A DNA stretch of 64,000 bases from Eledone cirrhosa (GCA_964016885.1 OZ024749.1:50468001-50532000), one strand, 5' to 3'; positions 17,872 through 36,200 are shown, counted from the stretch's first letter. Notes: generated from the letters alone by a model not told the origin. Numbers and translations are program-made.

Positions 17872-18055
17872 GGGCGGTGGATTGGCAGTATCGGTAGAGG
17901 GTCGGACGCCATGCTTTCCAGCATAGTTACGTCCCTTTACGATCTGAGTTCAAATCCCGCCGAGGTTAACTTTGCCTTTCATCCTTACGGGGTCGATAAA
18001 ATAAAGTACCAGTAATACACTGGGTAATTGCTGTCCTTGTGCCTAAGTAGAAACA

Positions 18056-18060
<5 letters not shown>
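17872..18060 (+). mobile_element. Major tRNA-derived SINE, full length
   Basis: A-box TGGCAGTATCGG, B-box GAGTTCAAATCC, conserved TTTGCCTTTCATCCTTACGGGGTCGATAAAATAAAGTACCAG (Meta-domain-like), and a (TTA)n tail. Confidence 0.92.
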
Positions 18061-18088
<28 letters not shown>

Positions 18089-18397
18089 TTTGTTGTTGTT
18101 ATTGTTGTTGCTGTTGTTATGTGTCATCTTGTTGCATTGTTGCGTTTATTTCACTGATTGCTGACACATCAATCGTTACTTTTCAAGTGAAGTTAGGCTC
18201 ATGTTCTGAAATGATTGCAGGATTTCATGATTCTAATTTAAATTGCAATGTTTTTACGCCATTTTACCAAAACATTTGTTCATTAACATAAAAGGTTTTA
18301 GATATAAAATTTGCATATTTACATGAGGTATTTCTTTGATGAGTTGTAGAGTTATAGGAGCCATCATAAGTTGTTTTGAAAGTAACGATTGTTATTA

Positions 18398-18492
18398 ATT
18401 GTTTCTACTTTGGGCACAAGGCCAGCAATTATCCCAGTGCATTACTTGTACTTTATTTTATCGACCCCTTAAGGATAAAAGGCAAAGTTAAT
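18398..18492 (-). mobile_element. Major SINE, 3' fragment
   Basis: Reverse complement of the 17872 copy. Confidence 0.88.
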
Positions 18493-18849
18493 GTCAATGA
18501 GACTCTGCCGTTGATTCATATATTACTAAACTGTAATCTCTACTCACATGTGTATCATAGTAGTGCACACCATCGTTACCCATGCTGTTGACAAACGTTG
18601 ATTCGATTCTTTAATTCATTTAAGCTTTTGCACATCTTCTCTTCTCAATGCCCACGACTCGTTACTATGTCGCATGGCACAAACTACACATGCATCATAA
18701 AGTCTTACCACATATATATTTAAAGAAGTAAAAGATTGGTGACAGATGAATCTTCATTGAATTGATCCGTGTAGACATCGGACTAAACAACATCAACAGC
18801 AATAACAATATAAGCCAAAAAAAATAAGGATAATAATAATTAAAAATTT

Positions 18850-19300
18850 AGGAACCAACAGCATTAAATAAACAAGGTTATCAAATCCATAAATTTTAAA
18901 TGGAAACCAGAAGAATTAAATATGGAGAAGTATTAAATAAGATCCACGCAAATTCTTCTAAACAAATAGCTCGTTTATCTACACACAATGAATCATACAA
19001 CGCACCTATATTTAAACAATCTCAATGTTTGTCAAACTAATTTCACTCATCTTTGAATATTATAAATATATCAACCCAACGCAAGCAGTGTCTCTTGACA
19101 ACGGAGAAGGGAAAGCGTTGTGTCAACACCTCGTGGATTAATTCACTTCGAAGCCATTTAATGTGATTTCAACACAAGTTCTATAAATCACGAATTAAAT
19201 AGACGATTTATTCAAAATATCTTATCATGCATTACCAAAGATTAGCTTCCTTAAGTAATTCTGTCAGTAACATTCCATTCTAATACTTTACCGAAATTCA
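18850..19300 (-). pseudogene. Decayed Cys-loop receptor ectodomain
   Basis: EANLW*, VEITLNG...STRC, then a frameshift, then QRFPFSVVKRHC (about 19120-19086, FPF...C). Confidence 0.55.
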
Positions 19301-19612
19301 TTCATTCTTAACTCCATATATAAATAAGGTGGGGATTAAGAGTGAATGCATCGATTTTTGATGTTCTTTTAGATCATGGAAGGAAGGCATATTTTGCAAT
19401 GCAACAGAGTGAGGGAGAGATAGATAGATATATACATATATATATAGAGAGAGGGGGAGATATGAATATAGATAGATAGATATATACATGTATGGATAGA
19501 TAGAGAGAGAATAGAGGGAGAGGGAAATAGAGAGAGAAAGAGAGAGAGAAATATATAGAGAGAGAGAAAGGGAGAGATAGAAAGAGAGATACACATAGAT
19601 AAATAGAGAGAG

Positions 19613-19700
<88 letters not shown>

Positions 19701-20027
19701 GCAAATGCCTATCCTGCATTTCTAACACCATATATGGTGTTATGTAGCCTAAATTCATATACACACGCGATGATGTGTATGTGTAAAACAAAAGAAATAT
19801 AAAGAGAAACGAAGATGTTACATCAATGTAACGAGATATATGACTACTTGAGGAAATGGAACTTCCAAGGATGGGGCGCTTTCTGCATGAAAGAAATATG
19901 CTATCAACGAATGAGCGACAATTTCTCCCCTATTTAGCATTCATAGAATGAATATTTATACTCTACTTCGGTACTTGAGTTCTCCAACTTCAACTACATA
20001 CGTATATATATATAATATAATATAATA

Positions 20028-20384
20028 TAATTGTTTCTACTTTTGGCACAAGGCCAGCAATTATCCAGTACATTACTGGTACTTTATTTTATCGACCCCG
20101 TAAGGATGAAAGGTAAAGTTAACCTCGGCGGTTATATATAATAATATAATATAATAATATATAATAATACAAATAGTAACCATGTATCCTTGTATTATAT
20201 GGTGGATTGGCAGTATCGGTAGAGGGTCGGACGCCATGCTTTGTAGCATAGTTACGCCCCTTTACGGTCTGAGTTCAAATCCTGCCGAGGTTAACTTTGC
20301 TTTTCATTTTTACGGGGTCGATAAAATAAAGTACCAGTAATGCATTTAAATCATTGCTGGCCTTGTGCTGCCAAAACTAGAAAC

Positions 20385-20390
<6 letters not shown>
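20028..20390. mobile_element. Two major SINE copies: 20028-20131 (-, partial) and 20200-20390 (+)
   Basis: Both match the 17872 copy. Confidence 0.9.
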
Positions 20391-20422
<32 letters not shown>

Positions 20423-20689
20423 GATCAATGCATCGTGTTTTCTTTCATATTTTTTATGTTGGTGTTGTCGTTGTTTCTTTGTTGTTGTTGTTGTTGTTGT
20501 TGTTTTTTGGGGGGTGGAGGGATATTCACATTACTAATACGAATTTTGCTTGGATCTGAAACAAAATCTATCTTAGATAAAAGATGGAACGTTTTGATAT
20601 TTTTTATGAATGACGCTTAGATTATATTTAGGTTTTATGCACTTGTATCGACTGTCGTGTCCAGGGCGGGTTTTCTATGAAAAGAAGCA

Positions 20690-20930
20690 TGAAAGATGAT
20701 GATAACGAAAGTTTTCATGCGGATGTTAATGATCATTATCTTGACAGTGATGATTATGATAATGGTGAGGAATGTAGTGACGTCGATAAAGTTGACGGTG
20801 ACGAGGTTGACGATGATGGCGAGGGTTATTATACTGATAGTGATCATCATGATGACGTTTACGGTCGTTATCATGATGTTCGTCATATTGATGTCCATGA
20901 TAATGATGACAATGATGATGATGATGTGAT
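20690..20930. repeat. Degenerate (GAT)n low-complexity tract
   Basis: GAT/GAC periodicity, with ORFs in several frames. Confidence 0.8.
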
Positions 20931-21430
20931 AAATGTACAGTATTTCCCGGCGCCGAAGACGCTTCGTCCTCGAGGACGCACCCTAATTTTGACAACCAAA
21001 AATTTAAAAAAGAATAATAAACAACCTTCGACCTCCAGGAAGCCTGATAGATTTTTGAGACTTATTTTAGGAAAAAAGTAGCGTCTTGTCTTCGACGCCT
21101 GGAAATATTGTAATTCTGTGTAATTCCAGCTCATTACAGATTAAGAAAACTAATGACAAATGCCATAACAAAACAAGCATGCAAACTGTCCATCCATCTC
21201 AAATTATTTTAATCAATCATAAACTTCCGTCTACCTAATTCGAATGTTCTCACCAGTACTGCAAAATTGTAAGACATACAGTCTATATCACACCTATATT
21301 TTATATTTCTTAAAGTCTGATAATTTACTGAGGTTTCGAAAAATATATTTTATGGTCATTTAATATGGAATATATATTGATATGGTGCTCCACTACTTCT
21401 AAAACAACAACAACAACTAATAATAATACT

Positions 21431-21828
21431 AATTGTTTCTACTTTTGGCACAAGGCCAGCAATTATCCAGTACATTACTGGTACTTTATTTTATCGACCC
21501 CGTAAGGATGAAAGGCAAAGTTAACCTCGGCGGGATTTGAACTCAGATCGTAAAGTGACGTAAATATACTGCAAAGCATGGCGTCCGACTCTCTATCGAT
21601 ACTACTACTATTAATAATAATAATGGTTTCTTATATAGGCAGAAGGCCAGTAATTTGGGGGGGGGAGGGGAAAGTCGATTAAATCGACCCCAGTGCGTGA
21701 CTGGTACTTTGTTTATCGACCTCATAAGGATGAAAGGCAAAGTTAACCTCGGCGGGATTTGAGCTCAGATCATAAAGAGACGTAACTCTATGCTGCAAAG
21801 CATGGCGTCCGACTCTCTACCGATACTA
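21431..21828 (-). mobile_element. Two tandem major SINE copies (21431-21606 and 21624-21828, the second with a variant 3' tail)
   Basis: Both match the 17872 copy. The variant tail is also seen at 49312-49532. Confidence 0.9.
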
Positions 21829-21833
21829 CTACT

Positions 21834-21873
<40 letters not shown>

Positions 21874-22130
21874 GTAGTAGTAGTAGTAGGACGCCTGCGG
21901 TTTTTTCTTCATCTACTGCTCCTCTGTCTGTGGTTGCAACTAGTATCAATGCAAAACGTTGTAAGTAATCACAATATTACACGCTGGGAATATGATAAAA
22001 TCATTTAAAATGGAATCAATAGCATTGATAAGTGTAATTTGACATAATTTCAGTCTGGGATTTAAAAATATCATTTATTTAATTTCCCTCATAAATGTGT
22101 GTATATATATATATATATATATTATATATG

Positions 22131-22163
<33 letters not shown>

Positions 22164-22233
22164 TATATATGCACACACATATATATATATATATATATAT
22201 TATATATGCACATATATATATATATATATACAG

Positions 22234-22280
<47 letters not shown>

Positions 22281-23087
22281 TTGTTATGTTTTATCCCTCC
22301 TTTTTCTTTAAGAGAAGGTATTAAATATGAAAAATAGATTAATTTACTCCCTACACTGAATGTTATTTTATTATAAAAGTCAGTGTCTACTTTTTACAAA
22401 AATCAATTCAGTTAAAGCTTTCATTCACGATATTATATTCGGTTTCTCAAATGCAATATAATTTTATCATTATCATTATTTCTAATCAGGCCACAATAAC
22501 ATATTGTACCAGATGCACTTTCCTCTATATTCTCAGTAGTGTCAACGTATAGTCTTACTAATATATACACGTAAATATATCTTAGAAACATAAGTGATTT
22601 GATATTTCGTAAATTATTTGATATGATGTCTCCTTCTCTCTTTCCCTCTCTCTTTTACTCTCTTTCTGTATTTATCTCTCTCTGTCTCTCTTTCTCTCTT
22701 ACTCACTCTCTCTATCTCTTTCTCTCCTACTCACTCCCCCTCTCTCTCTCTCTATCTATCTATCTCGCTCTCTGTCTGTATATTTATATATCTATATATA
22801 TTTATTAAAATAACAGATTAAAGTTTTAGCAAAGAATCGCTACTTTCACCCTTAACGGGATCTTCTGAAACTAACAAAGTCAATCTGTGAACGCAGAAGT
22901 GAATATTTCAAAAAACGTCGCAACCGGAGGAAGACAGGAAGACGATACTTTGGTTCGTGGAAACGTTCCCTGGCAAAGAACGGGAAAAAACGAATATAAT
23001 ACGTCATTATTTGGAGCGGTGAAAAACAATTACACGCAAAGACAGAACCACGTTTATGGTATAAAAGAAGTTGTAGACTAATATTCT

Positions 23088-23690
23088 CTGTGTGTGTTTA
23101 TATTTGTTTAATTATTTGTTTATTTACATGTTACTGGTTGGTTGTTTGTTCTATGTGTGTGTGTGTTTTCATTTTGTCCTTAATTGTAAGTTCTATAAAT
23201 AAACTCCAACCAAAATTAAATAGCAAACATGAATGGAATAGCAACATCACAACTTACAATTTAGGACAAAATGAAAACACACACATAAAACAAACGCCCA
23301 ACCAATAACATGTAAATAAACAAATAAATAAACACATATAAACACACACAGACACTCGGATGTAACACATGCGCAAACTAAGCACACAACACACAAAAAC
23401 AAGATGGCGTAGGACAGAACAAAGGAAAGGCACACAAACAAAGAAAAGAATCCCCAGTCACTGAAGATGTCGCAGAATGTGTGACGAAAGAACTTTGACA
23501 ATATATGAACAACCGTCCGGAAATTTATAAATTCTTAAATTTATAAATTTAACTTATAATAAATTGGAGTGAAAACAACTGGTGCGTGTGTTTCATATTG
23601 GCAACATGACCCTCCCAAAGCATAACAATATCGGTTTCAACACACAGTTTCAGATAAAGAATCTTGCTAAACAAATTCAGAAACGAAATA
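23088..23690 (+). mobile_element. Penelope-like family A copy with an inverted 5' piece (23088-23192)
   Basis: Encodes the GIY-YIG tail INKLQPKLNSKHEWNSNITTY and matches 1-806. Confidence 0.9.
23456..23499 (+). ncRNA. Minimal hammerhead motif (family A)
   Basis: GTCA-CTGAAGA-T-GTCGCA/TGTGAC-GAAA-GAAC-TT^TGAC. Confidence 0.65.
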
Positions 23691-23709
23691 TATATATACC
23701 ATTTACCAA

Positions 23710-24700
23710 TTTAACCAGTAGTAATTACAAACTTTCCATTTGCGTCATGTTACAAATTAGACATCACATATTAGTACCCAGCAATTATTAATGAATGTAC
23801 TAAACCTATAGCAATATCCACTTTGGTAATGCCAGACATATCCTTAGGCATTAATGAATTTTCAATGAATTCCATTTATTTCATTCATTGATAATATTGA
23901 TAATACGCTAAATCCCGAAGTTATGGCTGCTTTCGCTCTTTCACCGTATCTTTATGGTCTGATTTTAATGTATTATGAATATATATGCCACCGGCTTTTT
24001 TTCCATTCGGTTATGAGTGTAAGTCATAGAATGTAGTTAATTTAATAGTTGAGACATTAGCTATTGTCCGAAGTTTGAGGCAAAAGATTAGTATTTTTCT
24101 GATGGTGGATGGAATGTAATGGAAACACTTTTAATTAGATAACCATGGCATGTGTTGTCGCCCACAGGAATTGAACTTATAACCAACTGCACCAAAGAAA
24201 ATAATATGTAATAGTATTAACTGTTCCATAGGAAACATGGTAATACTATATAAACATGTGAAAATAACTGAATTGATATATCTCATCACAACAGGGTACC
24301 TCTTTATAGCGTGGCCGGTTTATTGCGAAATATCGTGGACATATTTGAGCTTCCATTAAATCGTTCTTAATAATGATTGAAATACTATGATAAAAATAAT
24401 TGGATTAAATCATACTTTTTATAGGAATAACACACATTTTATGCAATATATTATCGATTCAATAGCACAACTCAATGTGAACAATCTTCACACAGTAATC
24501 ACACCGCATAAAATAAGGAGCTTCAGAAATCTGGGAAACCGCTTTCTTTTGCTTAATCAAACAGTTTGTCATTTCGTATGCTCCTCATTGAATAGTTGTT
24601 TTACTGTATCGGCACAGATGCAGTGGAAGTACTTCTGACCCCTTACAAATTCTTTTATTAATGAATTACATGCTTCCAGAAGCTGTTCTAGAATATGATA
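23710..24700 (-). pseudogene. Decayed intronless Cys-loop receptor subunit (one of the clearest remnants)
   Basis: KV*FNPIIF (loop A), NKPATL*RGT, VIFTCLYSITMFPMEQ...FFGAVGY (24256-24221), MEKKPVAYIFII, YGERAKAAITSGFSVLSIL (23949), PKDMSGITKVDIAIG (23849). Confidence 0.75.
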
Positions 24701-24975
24701 CATCTATTTATAGCTCCCGTAGACAAATTGTACTTTCATTTTAGTCCCAGTATTTAATATTACCGGGAAATGTAGGTATATCTTACAAAGTTGTCGGGAA
24801 GAAGTGGGTTCCACTTTACATAACATATTCAAGTATTTTTTTACGTCACAAATCATATCCTAATGTGAATTACTATATGTTACGTAATCTAATGGATACA
24901 CGAAAATGGATCACTAAAATAAAGCCTTGGTTTTAAAATTTCGTGATGCTCTAACCTGGCTGGATAACGGATATG

Positions 24976-25008
<33 letters not shown>

Positions 25009-25021
25009 TTAATAATAATAA

Positions 25022-25052
<31 letters not shown>

Positions 25053-26499
25053 AAAGCACAGGGATACAAAAAGGGTTAGTGTTATTAGGTTGTTAAAGAG
25101 AGAAAAGAAGTTCAACGTACCGGATTTTGGTTCCTCGTCAGGAGATTACAAGTTGATACATAAATAAATAGATACATACATGCATACATAGACTCTTGTT
25201 TTTTGTATATGCTTTTATAGGGCATCATCCAATCTAAGCTAAACGAACCTTTGATCATTTTTCTCTATTTCTGAAAGAAAATGTCTGAGTTAAAGAAATA
25301 TATAATTCTAAAGCTTTATACATAATGTATATATTAATCTGATTTTATTTTATTTTTATTTTATTTTATTTTTTTTTTTGCTAAATTGGTGTCTCGAATT
25401 GACTGCAAAAGTCTGAATATCAAACTGTGAAACTTCATAAAACCACCATAGGTTATATTAAATTAGATACATATATGTACGGATTTCTAAGAAAAAACAT
25501 CCAAATATGTTCTTAATACACTACGTGACATATTGTATACGTATCTCAGGTTTAATTATAAATATTATATGATTTCTGATATTTTCGTTTCTGTGAATGT
25601 ACTCACTGATAATTCTTTTACAATTTCTTGTGATATCAAAAAGTCAAAGTTGAATTTTTCGCACTTTGACGTTAGATGTTAAAGGGCCGTTAGTAATAAA
25701 CGCAGTTATAGCATTCGTGTCTAATGAAGCATTATATAGACATCAACCTATTCATTCCATCTCCTAGAGATAGCAACCAATCAGCCTGATATAATATAAC
25801 ACTTTGAATTATAAATTAAAAACATATTCAAGAGTACAAGCCAAGATAAACAAAATAGGAATTTCAAACACCAGCTATACAGTTCATTCATCTGTCTAAT
25901 AAATTATAACCTGGCAATAAACATCGATAACCCGCTCCGCAGGAGTTTTACTATATTTTATATATTTATAAGAGAATTATTCTGTTGGGTAAAAACAAAA
26001 TTCTTATAGAATGATTTTTAACTTAGTCTTTTTGTCGTTAATGCTATTCGTCAAGGGATGGATTTTGTTGCTCTTACTGCTCTTGATGTTGTTGTTGTTG
26101 TTATCATTCATCTATAAATTCCAACTAGCGGGTGATTTTCTGTTAGCATGTGTAGTGTGTGTATATTGATATTATACGCAAGTATATATAAATGCATGAA
26201 GATATGATACATCATATAAAATCGTAATTGACAATATAAACAGAAATTGAACGAAGACTACGTTACACTGTCTTATGTAATCAGTAACGTAATCCATGAT
26301 ACATGAAAAAAGACGATATTATATATAAACTGCATTATGAGAAAATTAGTGACGGAAATGTTTATTTAAGCGATCGCTAACCGGAAGTGTTGACATTTGA
26401 TAGTTTTAAAGAAGTGAATCTTTAAATAAATAATAAAATATATTTAATCAACAGCTACGAAATTTAGTAGATACATTTTGTAATATTCATTCATTATTT

Positions 26500-26930
26500 A
26501 TTCAAAGTAATCCAACTTATTTTACTAATGGGATAAAAATATTATAAACCGTACGCTGTCCCGCTCTCTTTACTTTATTATAGTTTAGATTGGCGTTGAT
26601 CCAGAAGGCCTATAATGAAAAGGAAATCTATCCAAAAATAATCCGTTTTATTTTCATCTGAAGTAAGGACTTTAAACAATCTTTGATTTTGTTGTCAATG
26701 TAACTCAGTAAAGGCTATCTAAACATATACTCAAGGCACCACATATCATTGAAGGACCTGGCATATGAGGAACTGATTAAACAATCCTGTAGATGTTACT
26801 ACACATTTCAATAGTGCATATGATAGCGAAATATAGGATCGATGGCTTCTACTTCATAAGGTTAGTGTGGATATCAGATCAGCAGTGATTAAAATGCCAA
26901 ATTATCAAGAAAAATGTAATAATTCTGCAT
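26500..26930 (-). pseudogene. Possible Cys-loop transmembrane remnant
   Basis: NYYIF and HMPGPSMICGALSICL. Weak match. Confidence 0.3.
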
Positions 26931-27099
26931 ACACACACTCAATTATATATACACTCTTGCAATATGCATTAATATATTATTTAGGTATTTATTCTTTGTT
27001 CTTAATATTGCCTTGACATTTATATATCTGTCTAATTATCTCTCACACATTCTTCACTCGCCCCATATCACTCTCACCCACTTCAATCTCTTCCATCTC

Positions 27100-27167
<68 letters not shown>

Positions 27168-27400
27168 TCTCTTCACATTTAATCTCTCTCTCCCTCACTA
27201 TCTGTATATGTGTATATATATATATATAAATATATATATATATATGGATTGCACATCCCTGCTCTGTTCGCATTGTATATACGTTTATATATAGTAATAT
27301 ATATATATATTTTTTATTTATATATATTTATTTATTTATATATATATATTTATTTATATATATATATATTTATTTATTTATATATATATATATATTTATT

Positions 27401-27475
<75 letters not shown>

Positions 27476-27594
27476 ATTTATTTATATATATATAAATATA
27501 TATTTATTTATATATATATAAATATATATTTATTTATATATATATATATATATATTTATTTATATATATATTTATTTATATATATATAAATATA

Positions 27595-27653
<59 letters not shown>

Positions 27654-27674
27654 TTATTTATATATATATATATA

Positions 27675-27749
<75 letters not shown>

Positions 27750-27750
<1 letters not shown>

Positions 27751-28180
27751 GTAGGAGGTGAGTTTTATTGTAGTACATATCCTCGCACATATCCTCCCTT
27801 CGTTAATTTTCAAAATTTTTAATTTATACAGTATCTTCCAACGGTTTTCAACCCCTCTATATAAAATATATCTCCTCTCAGTTATAAAAACTATCTCTTT
27901 CTCTCTATCACCCATCTCTCCCTCTCATCTCCTTCCCTTTTCATCCTTTTCTCCCCCCCCCCTCTCTAAATAAAATATTTTTCCCAATATCACACATCAA
28001 TCTAAAACCACTTTTCATATGTTGATTTAAAACTACACTATCAACAAGTGTTTTTTAGCCTTCATATCATGTTCTCCTGTTTTATCTGATGAAAACACAA
28101 ATATTATTGTTTGATGATGTTTGTTTTTGAAATGCGCATAATAAAATATATGGAACTCCTTTAACCATCTTTTGATCTTA
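27750..28180 (+). mobile_element. Short hammerhead-bearing element (family C) flanked by (TA)n
   Basis: Both ends (ATGTAGGAGGTGAGTTTTATTGTAG and AACCATCTTTTGAT) are shared with 57017-57257 (-). Confidence 0.85.
28080..28146 (+). ncRNA. Type I hammerhead with palindromic stem III
   Basis: TTTTAT-CTGATGA-stem II (ACAAATATTAT/ATGATGTTTGT)-GAAA-TGCGCA-TA^ATAAAA. Confidence 0.85.
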
Positions 28181-28247
28181 TATTATATATATATATATAA
28201 TATGACCCTCCCCAAGTATATATATGTATATTTAATACATTAACAGA

Positions 28248-28305
28248 GAGAGCTTTAAGCAATACTCCGACTCGCTGAGAGCTTTAAGCAATACTCCGAC
28301 TCGCT
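28248..28305. repeat. Exact 29-bp tandem duplication
   Basis: GAGAGCTTTAAGCAATACTCCGACTCGCT occurs twice. Confidence 0.95.
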
Positions 28306-28442
28306 TCCATCTCACTCAACAAACATTAGCATATACCTTAGTATAATCCCAATATTACGTTTGGGGTGCTAACTATATGTATTTTGCGGATAGCCAGTTG
28401 CATTATTTTATATGAGACATAATTAAAATACATCTCCCTTTC

Positions 28443-30477
<2,035 letters not shown>

Positions 30478-31160
30478 GCGAGAATATGTGTATGGGTATG
30501 TGTTGGGAAGTGATAAAATTGATAGAATGATAGAAGTAGAGATAGCGTAAATCCTGACAACAAAGCAGGAAATGTATGTACCGCTTTAAAATCATAAATT
30601 TATGCGAGCAAGCCTTGTAGCAACCAATTATGAGTCTCTTTAAACCCTCATATCAATTTCTTTCCCATATTCGCCTTCAGAGATATATGTGTGCTTGTGC
30701 GTATTAATTTGCGTAACTGAAATATTACTGGAATATACGGATGTTAATTTTATATGTAACATTCAAGTGTGGGTGAATATATTATATATATACTGTATAT
30801 ATATATATATGTATATATGTGTATATGTGTGGGTGTGTGTATGTGTGTGTATATGTGTGTGTGCGTGTGTGTATATATATGTGTGTGTGTGTGTATATAT
30901 AGGTGTTTGTGTGTGTGTATATATATGTGTGCGTGTGTTTGTATATGTATGTGTGTGTGTGTGTGTATGTATATATATATATATGTGTGTGTATGTATAT
31001 ATGTATATATATATGTATGTATGTGTATGTGTATGTCTATATATGAGAGAGGTAATATGTGTGAACATGTTTGTATATATATATATATATATGTATGTCT
31101 GCATATGTGTATATGTATGGATTTGAGTCTTCACATTTATTATTATTATTATTATTACTA

Positions 31161-31203
<43 letters not shown>

Positions 31204-31341
31204 AGGTTTGAGCCAGTAAGTGTGTACTGCTTGATTTGAGCAAAATGATATGAAGTGTGAGCCACGTGCTTTATGTTAATGTCCCATGAAACACAAAACA
31301 GAATGGTACATACATGAATATATCAATATCTAAAGATTCAG

Positions 31342-31393
<52 letters not shown>

Positions 31394-31673
31394 TTATATA
31401 TATATATATATATGAATGTATGTATGTATGTGTGTATGTATGTGTATATATATATATGTGTGTGTGTGTGTATACTTATATGCATGTACATAATGTAAGT
31501 ATATATATTTGTCTATATATATTGTATATATATATATATGTATATAATTTATGTATATATATATATACATGCTTTATATATATATATATATATTTATATA
31601 TACATGCTTTATATATATATATATATATATATAAATTATATATATATATATATATATAAATTATATACATACA

Positions 31674-31716
<43 letters not shown>

Positions 31717-31749
31717 TATATATATATATATATATAAATTATATACATA

Positions 31750-31794
<45 letters not shown>

Positions 31795-31938
31795 TATATA
31801 TATATATATATATATAAATTATATATATATATATATATATGCATTATATAAGTATAAATGTCTATATATAAATATATATAAATGTATGTATACATATGTA
31901 AATATATCTGTATATATGTATATCTACATACATAAATA

Positions 31939-31982
<44 letters not shown>

Positions 31983-32490
31983 AATAGAGAGAGACAGAGA
32001 GAGACAGAGAAAGAGAGAGAGAGACAGAGACAGAGAGAGGGGTAATATATGCTCCTTCGTATTGGTTTGTGAGTGCGCATGTGTGAGTTTGTGCGTGTGT
32101 TCGTGTATGTAAATATGCATACCCTTATAGATATGCGTGCCTAAATAGTGTGATGTAAATAAATAGATGTGAAGCTTGCACCGTGAAATAGCAAGTGTGG
32201 TCTACTGGAATTATTCAGTGTGACTTATCAGCTCGAATATTAAATTATCTCACATGAGAAACTATTAATGCATCGTAGCTATTGGGAATATTAATCACAT
32301 TCGCATTTCACTCTTTCCAGCCTTATATTTCTCTATATTCTATACAGTTATTTAGACATGCGTATCGCTTACGAGACGATGTACAAGCACATTTGAATGC
32401 AGTGAAAAATACGCACGCAGGCACGCACACACTTATACAAAACTTACATACATACATATGCCAACAAGCATTCTCAAATTTGTGTATATG

Positions 32491-32555
<65 letters not shown>

Positions 32556-32635
32556 ATATATATATATATGTATATATATTTATATTAATTCAAGAAAGAA
32601 GAGTGGATTACATATTACGATAACCTGTTATCCCG

Positions 32636-34030
<1,395 letters not shown>

Positions 34031-34445
34031 TCTTACATGCGTACATACATGCATAAGTAACTAGCTCTCGCTTAGACGAACACAGCCACCGATACTAGTA
34101 CACATACACATACGCATGTCTGCAATAATATAGTGCATCAATGTGGTTATTAAAAGAGAATTATTAATGCTGCTATTGCTCTTTTAGTTTCTGGCTCTGC
34201 TGCTGCTGTTACTGCTGCTGGTGTTACTGCTGCTGCTGTTACTGCTGCTGCTTTTGTTGTTGTTGCTGTTATTATTTTTAATAATACTTGTATTATCCAG
34301 GTGAAGAAAGCCTTACAGTGAAATATATAGTAAAGATGGCTATTAAATTTTCCTCGCAATTAATTTCTTAGGATCAAATTTCATCAGAATATTAGTTGAA
34401 TAAGGACTATATATATATATATATATATATATATTTTTATATATA

Positions 34446-34564
<119 letters not shown>

Positions 34565-34627
34565 TTATATATATATTTATATATTTATATATATATATTT
34601 ATATATTTATATATATATTTATATATT

Positions 34628-34704
<77 letters not shown>

Positions 34705-34801
34705 ATATATATTTTTTTATATATATATATATTTATATATATATATATATTTTTATATATATATATATATATTTTTTTTTTTTTATATATATATATATAT
34801 A

Positions 34802-34898
<97 letters not shown>

Positions 34899-35169
34899 TG
34901 TCTGAGTGTCGTCTAAAATGTACCAAGTCATGTGAAAATTTTAGAGTTGTTTATCCTTCTTTCTAGTTTCAAATGCTGCTAAAGCTGACAAATAAAAGCA
35001 AGACATACAATGATATCAAATTTCACATTATACATTAGGCTCGTTTCGCTCACGACAAATCCAAGGTTTATACATGAAACTTTCGTCTCCATGGTGCATG
35101 CCTCATCAATGTTTTCCGTAGAAGAAAAGCCACTTTCCTCTCTCTACCATACTAAGATTCAAAGAAAAT

Positions 35170-35325
35170 ACGACACCAGTCGCAGTATTTCTGTTTTACC
35201 AGCTAAGTGACTTGGCGGAATATTCTACAAAGAGTTTTACTCACAGCCATACCGCACAACCCCGTCCAGGATCTGAACTCTCGACCTATGCATAATACAC
35301 TATCGATTAGACAGCATGCCTTCAG
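35170..35325 (-). mobile_element. Degenerate copy of the second SINE family
   Basis: B-box-like GAGTTCAGATCC on the minus strand, with loose similarity to 1813-2060. Confidence 0.5.
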
Positions 35326-35779
35326 ACACAGTAGACATAATTCTGTTTTATATTCAATACTTCAGAAACAACAGTCCATATAAATAGTGTTGCGCAACAC
35401 ATAGCAGATATATCTGAAGCCGATTAGAAAATGACATCCAAAGTTGTGTTATTAGTGCATGAGCAAATTATTTCTTTACACCATTGATTTCATTCTCGAT
35501 CTGTTGCACATTTTCTATCACACCATTCTCTTAATTTCTCTCTCTTTAAGTCTATATTAATCCATCTCTCTTAATCTACCTCTCTCTATCTATCTTTCTT
35601 CTTATCTATTTGTCTCTATCTTACTACCTCTTCCTCTCCCTCACCATTACTCACATATTCATGGCACATATTCACATACATACAAGTTAACGAATATATC
35701 AATAGATGTTACCCTGGAGGGTGGTAGATTGTCAGAATTAGTAGAACACAATAACCTATCCACTACGCCGCACGCCTAC

Positions 35780-36200
35780 GCGTTCCCCTATGATAATTGT
35801 GTAAGATTTAGTAGATCCTAATTTGAAATGTTACGTAATACATCAACTGTCTTCTCATACACGTTTTTCTGGAAATGTTTATGCAGTTGGCACACGGGGG
35901 AAGGAATATCTGAACTTCTTCAGATCAATAAAATATGAGATTCGTCAAGACAAAGAGCTCACTGGATGATAGTTTACCACGTGTGATTCTTCAGAAGGAT
36001 AGAATTTGACCATGGATCGGCTCCATTACATCCGATCAGGGTCGATATAACAGCAATAGTGATAATTTTTTTTTTTAATCGAATAAGAATTTGAGAATGT
36101 AAATATAAAATATTTATTTGTCAATACATAACATCTTCGTAAGTTACTCCTGAGTTGTTCTATTAGGATTCAACAATATTATATCAAACGATAAACTATA
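35780..36200 (+). pseudogene. Possible Cys-loop ectodomain remnant
   Basis: IHVF/SGNVY resembles HSGDVY at 1280. Weak match. Confidence 0.3.

Noticed and set aside
20677-21081. 134-aa acidic ORF
   Set aside because: It is explained by degenerate (GAT)n and has no recognisable domain.
22835-22885. Minus-strand CAGAAGA-stem-GAAA motif
   Set aside because: The core is mutated and there is no stem I or cleavage triplet.
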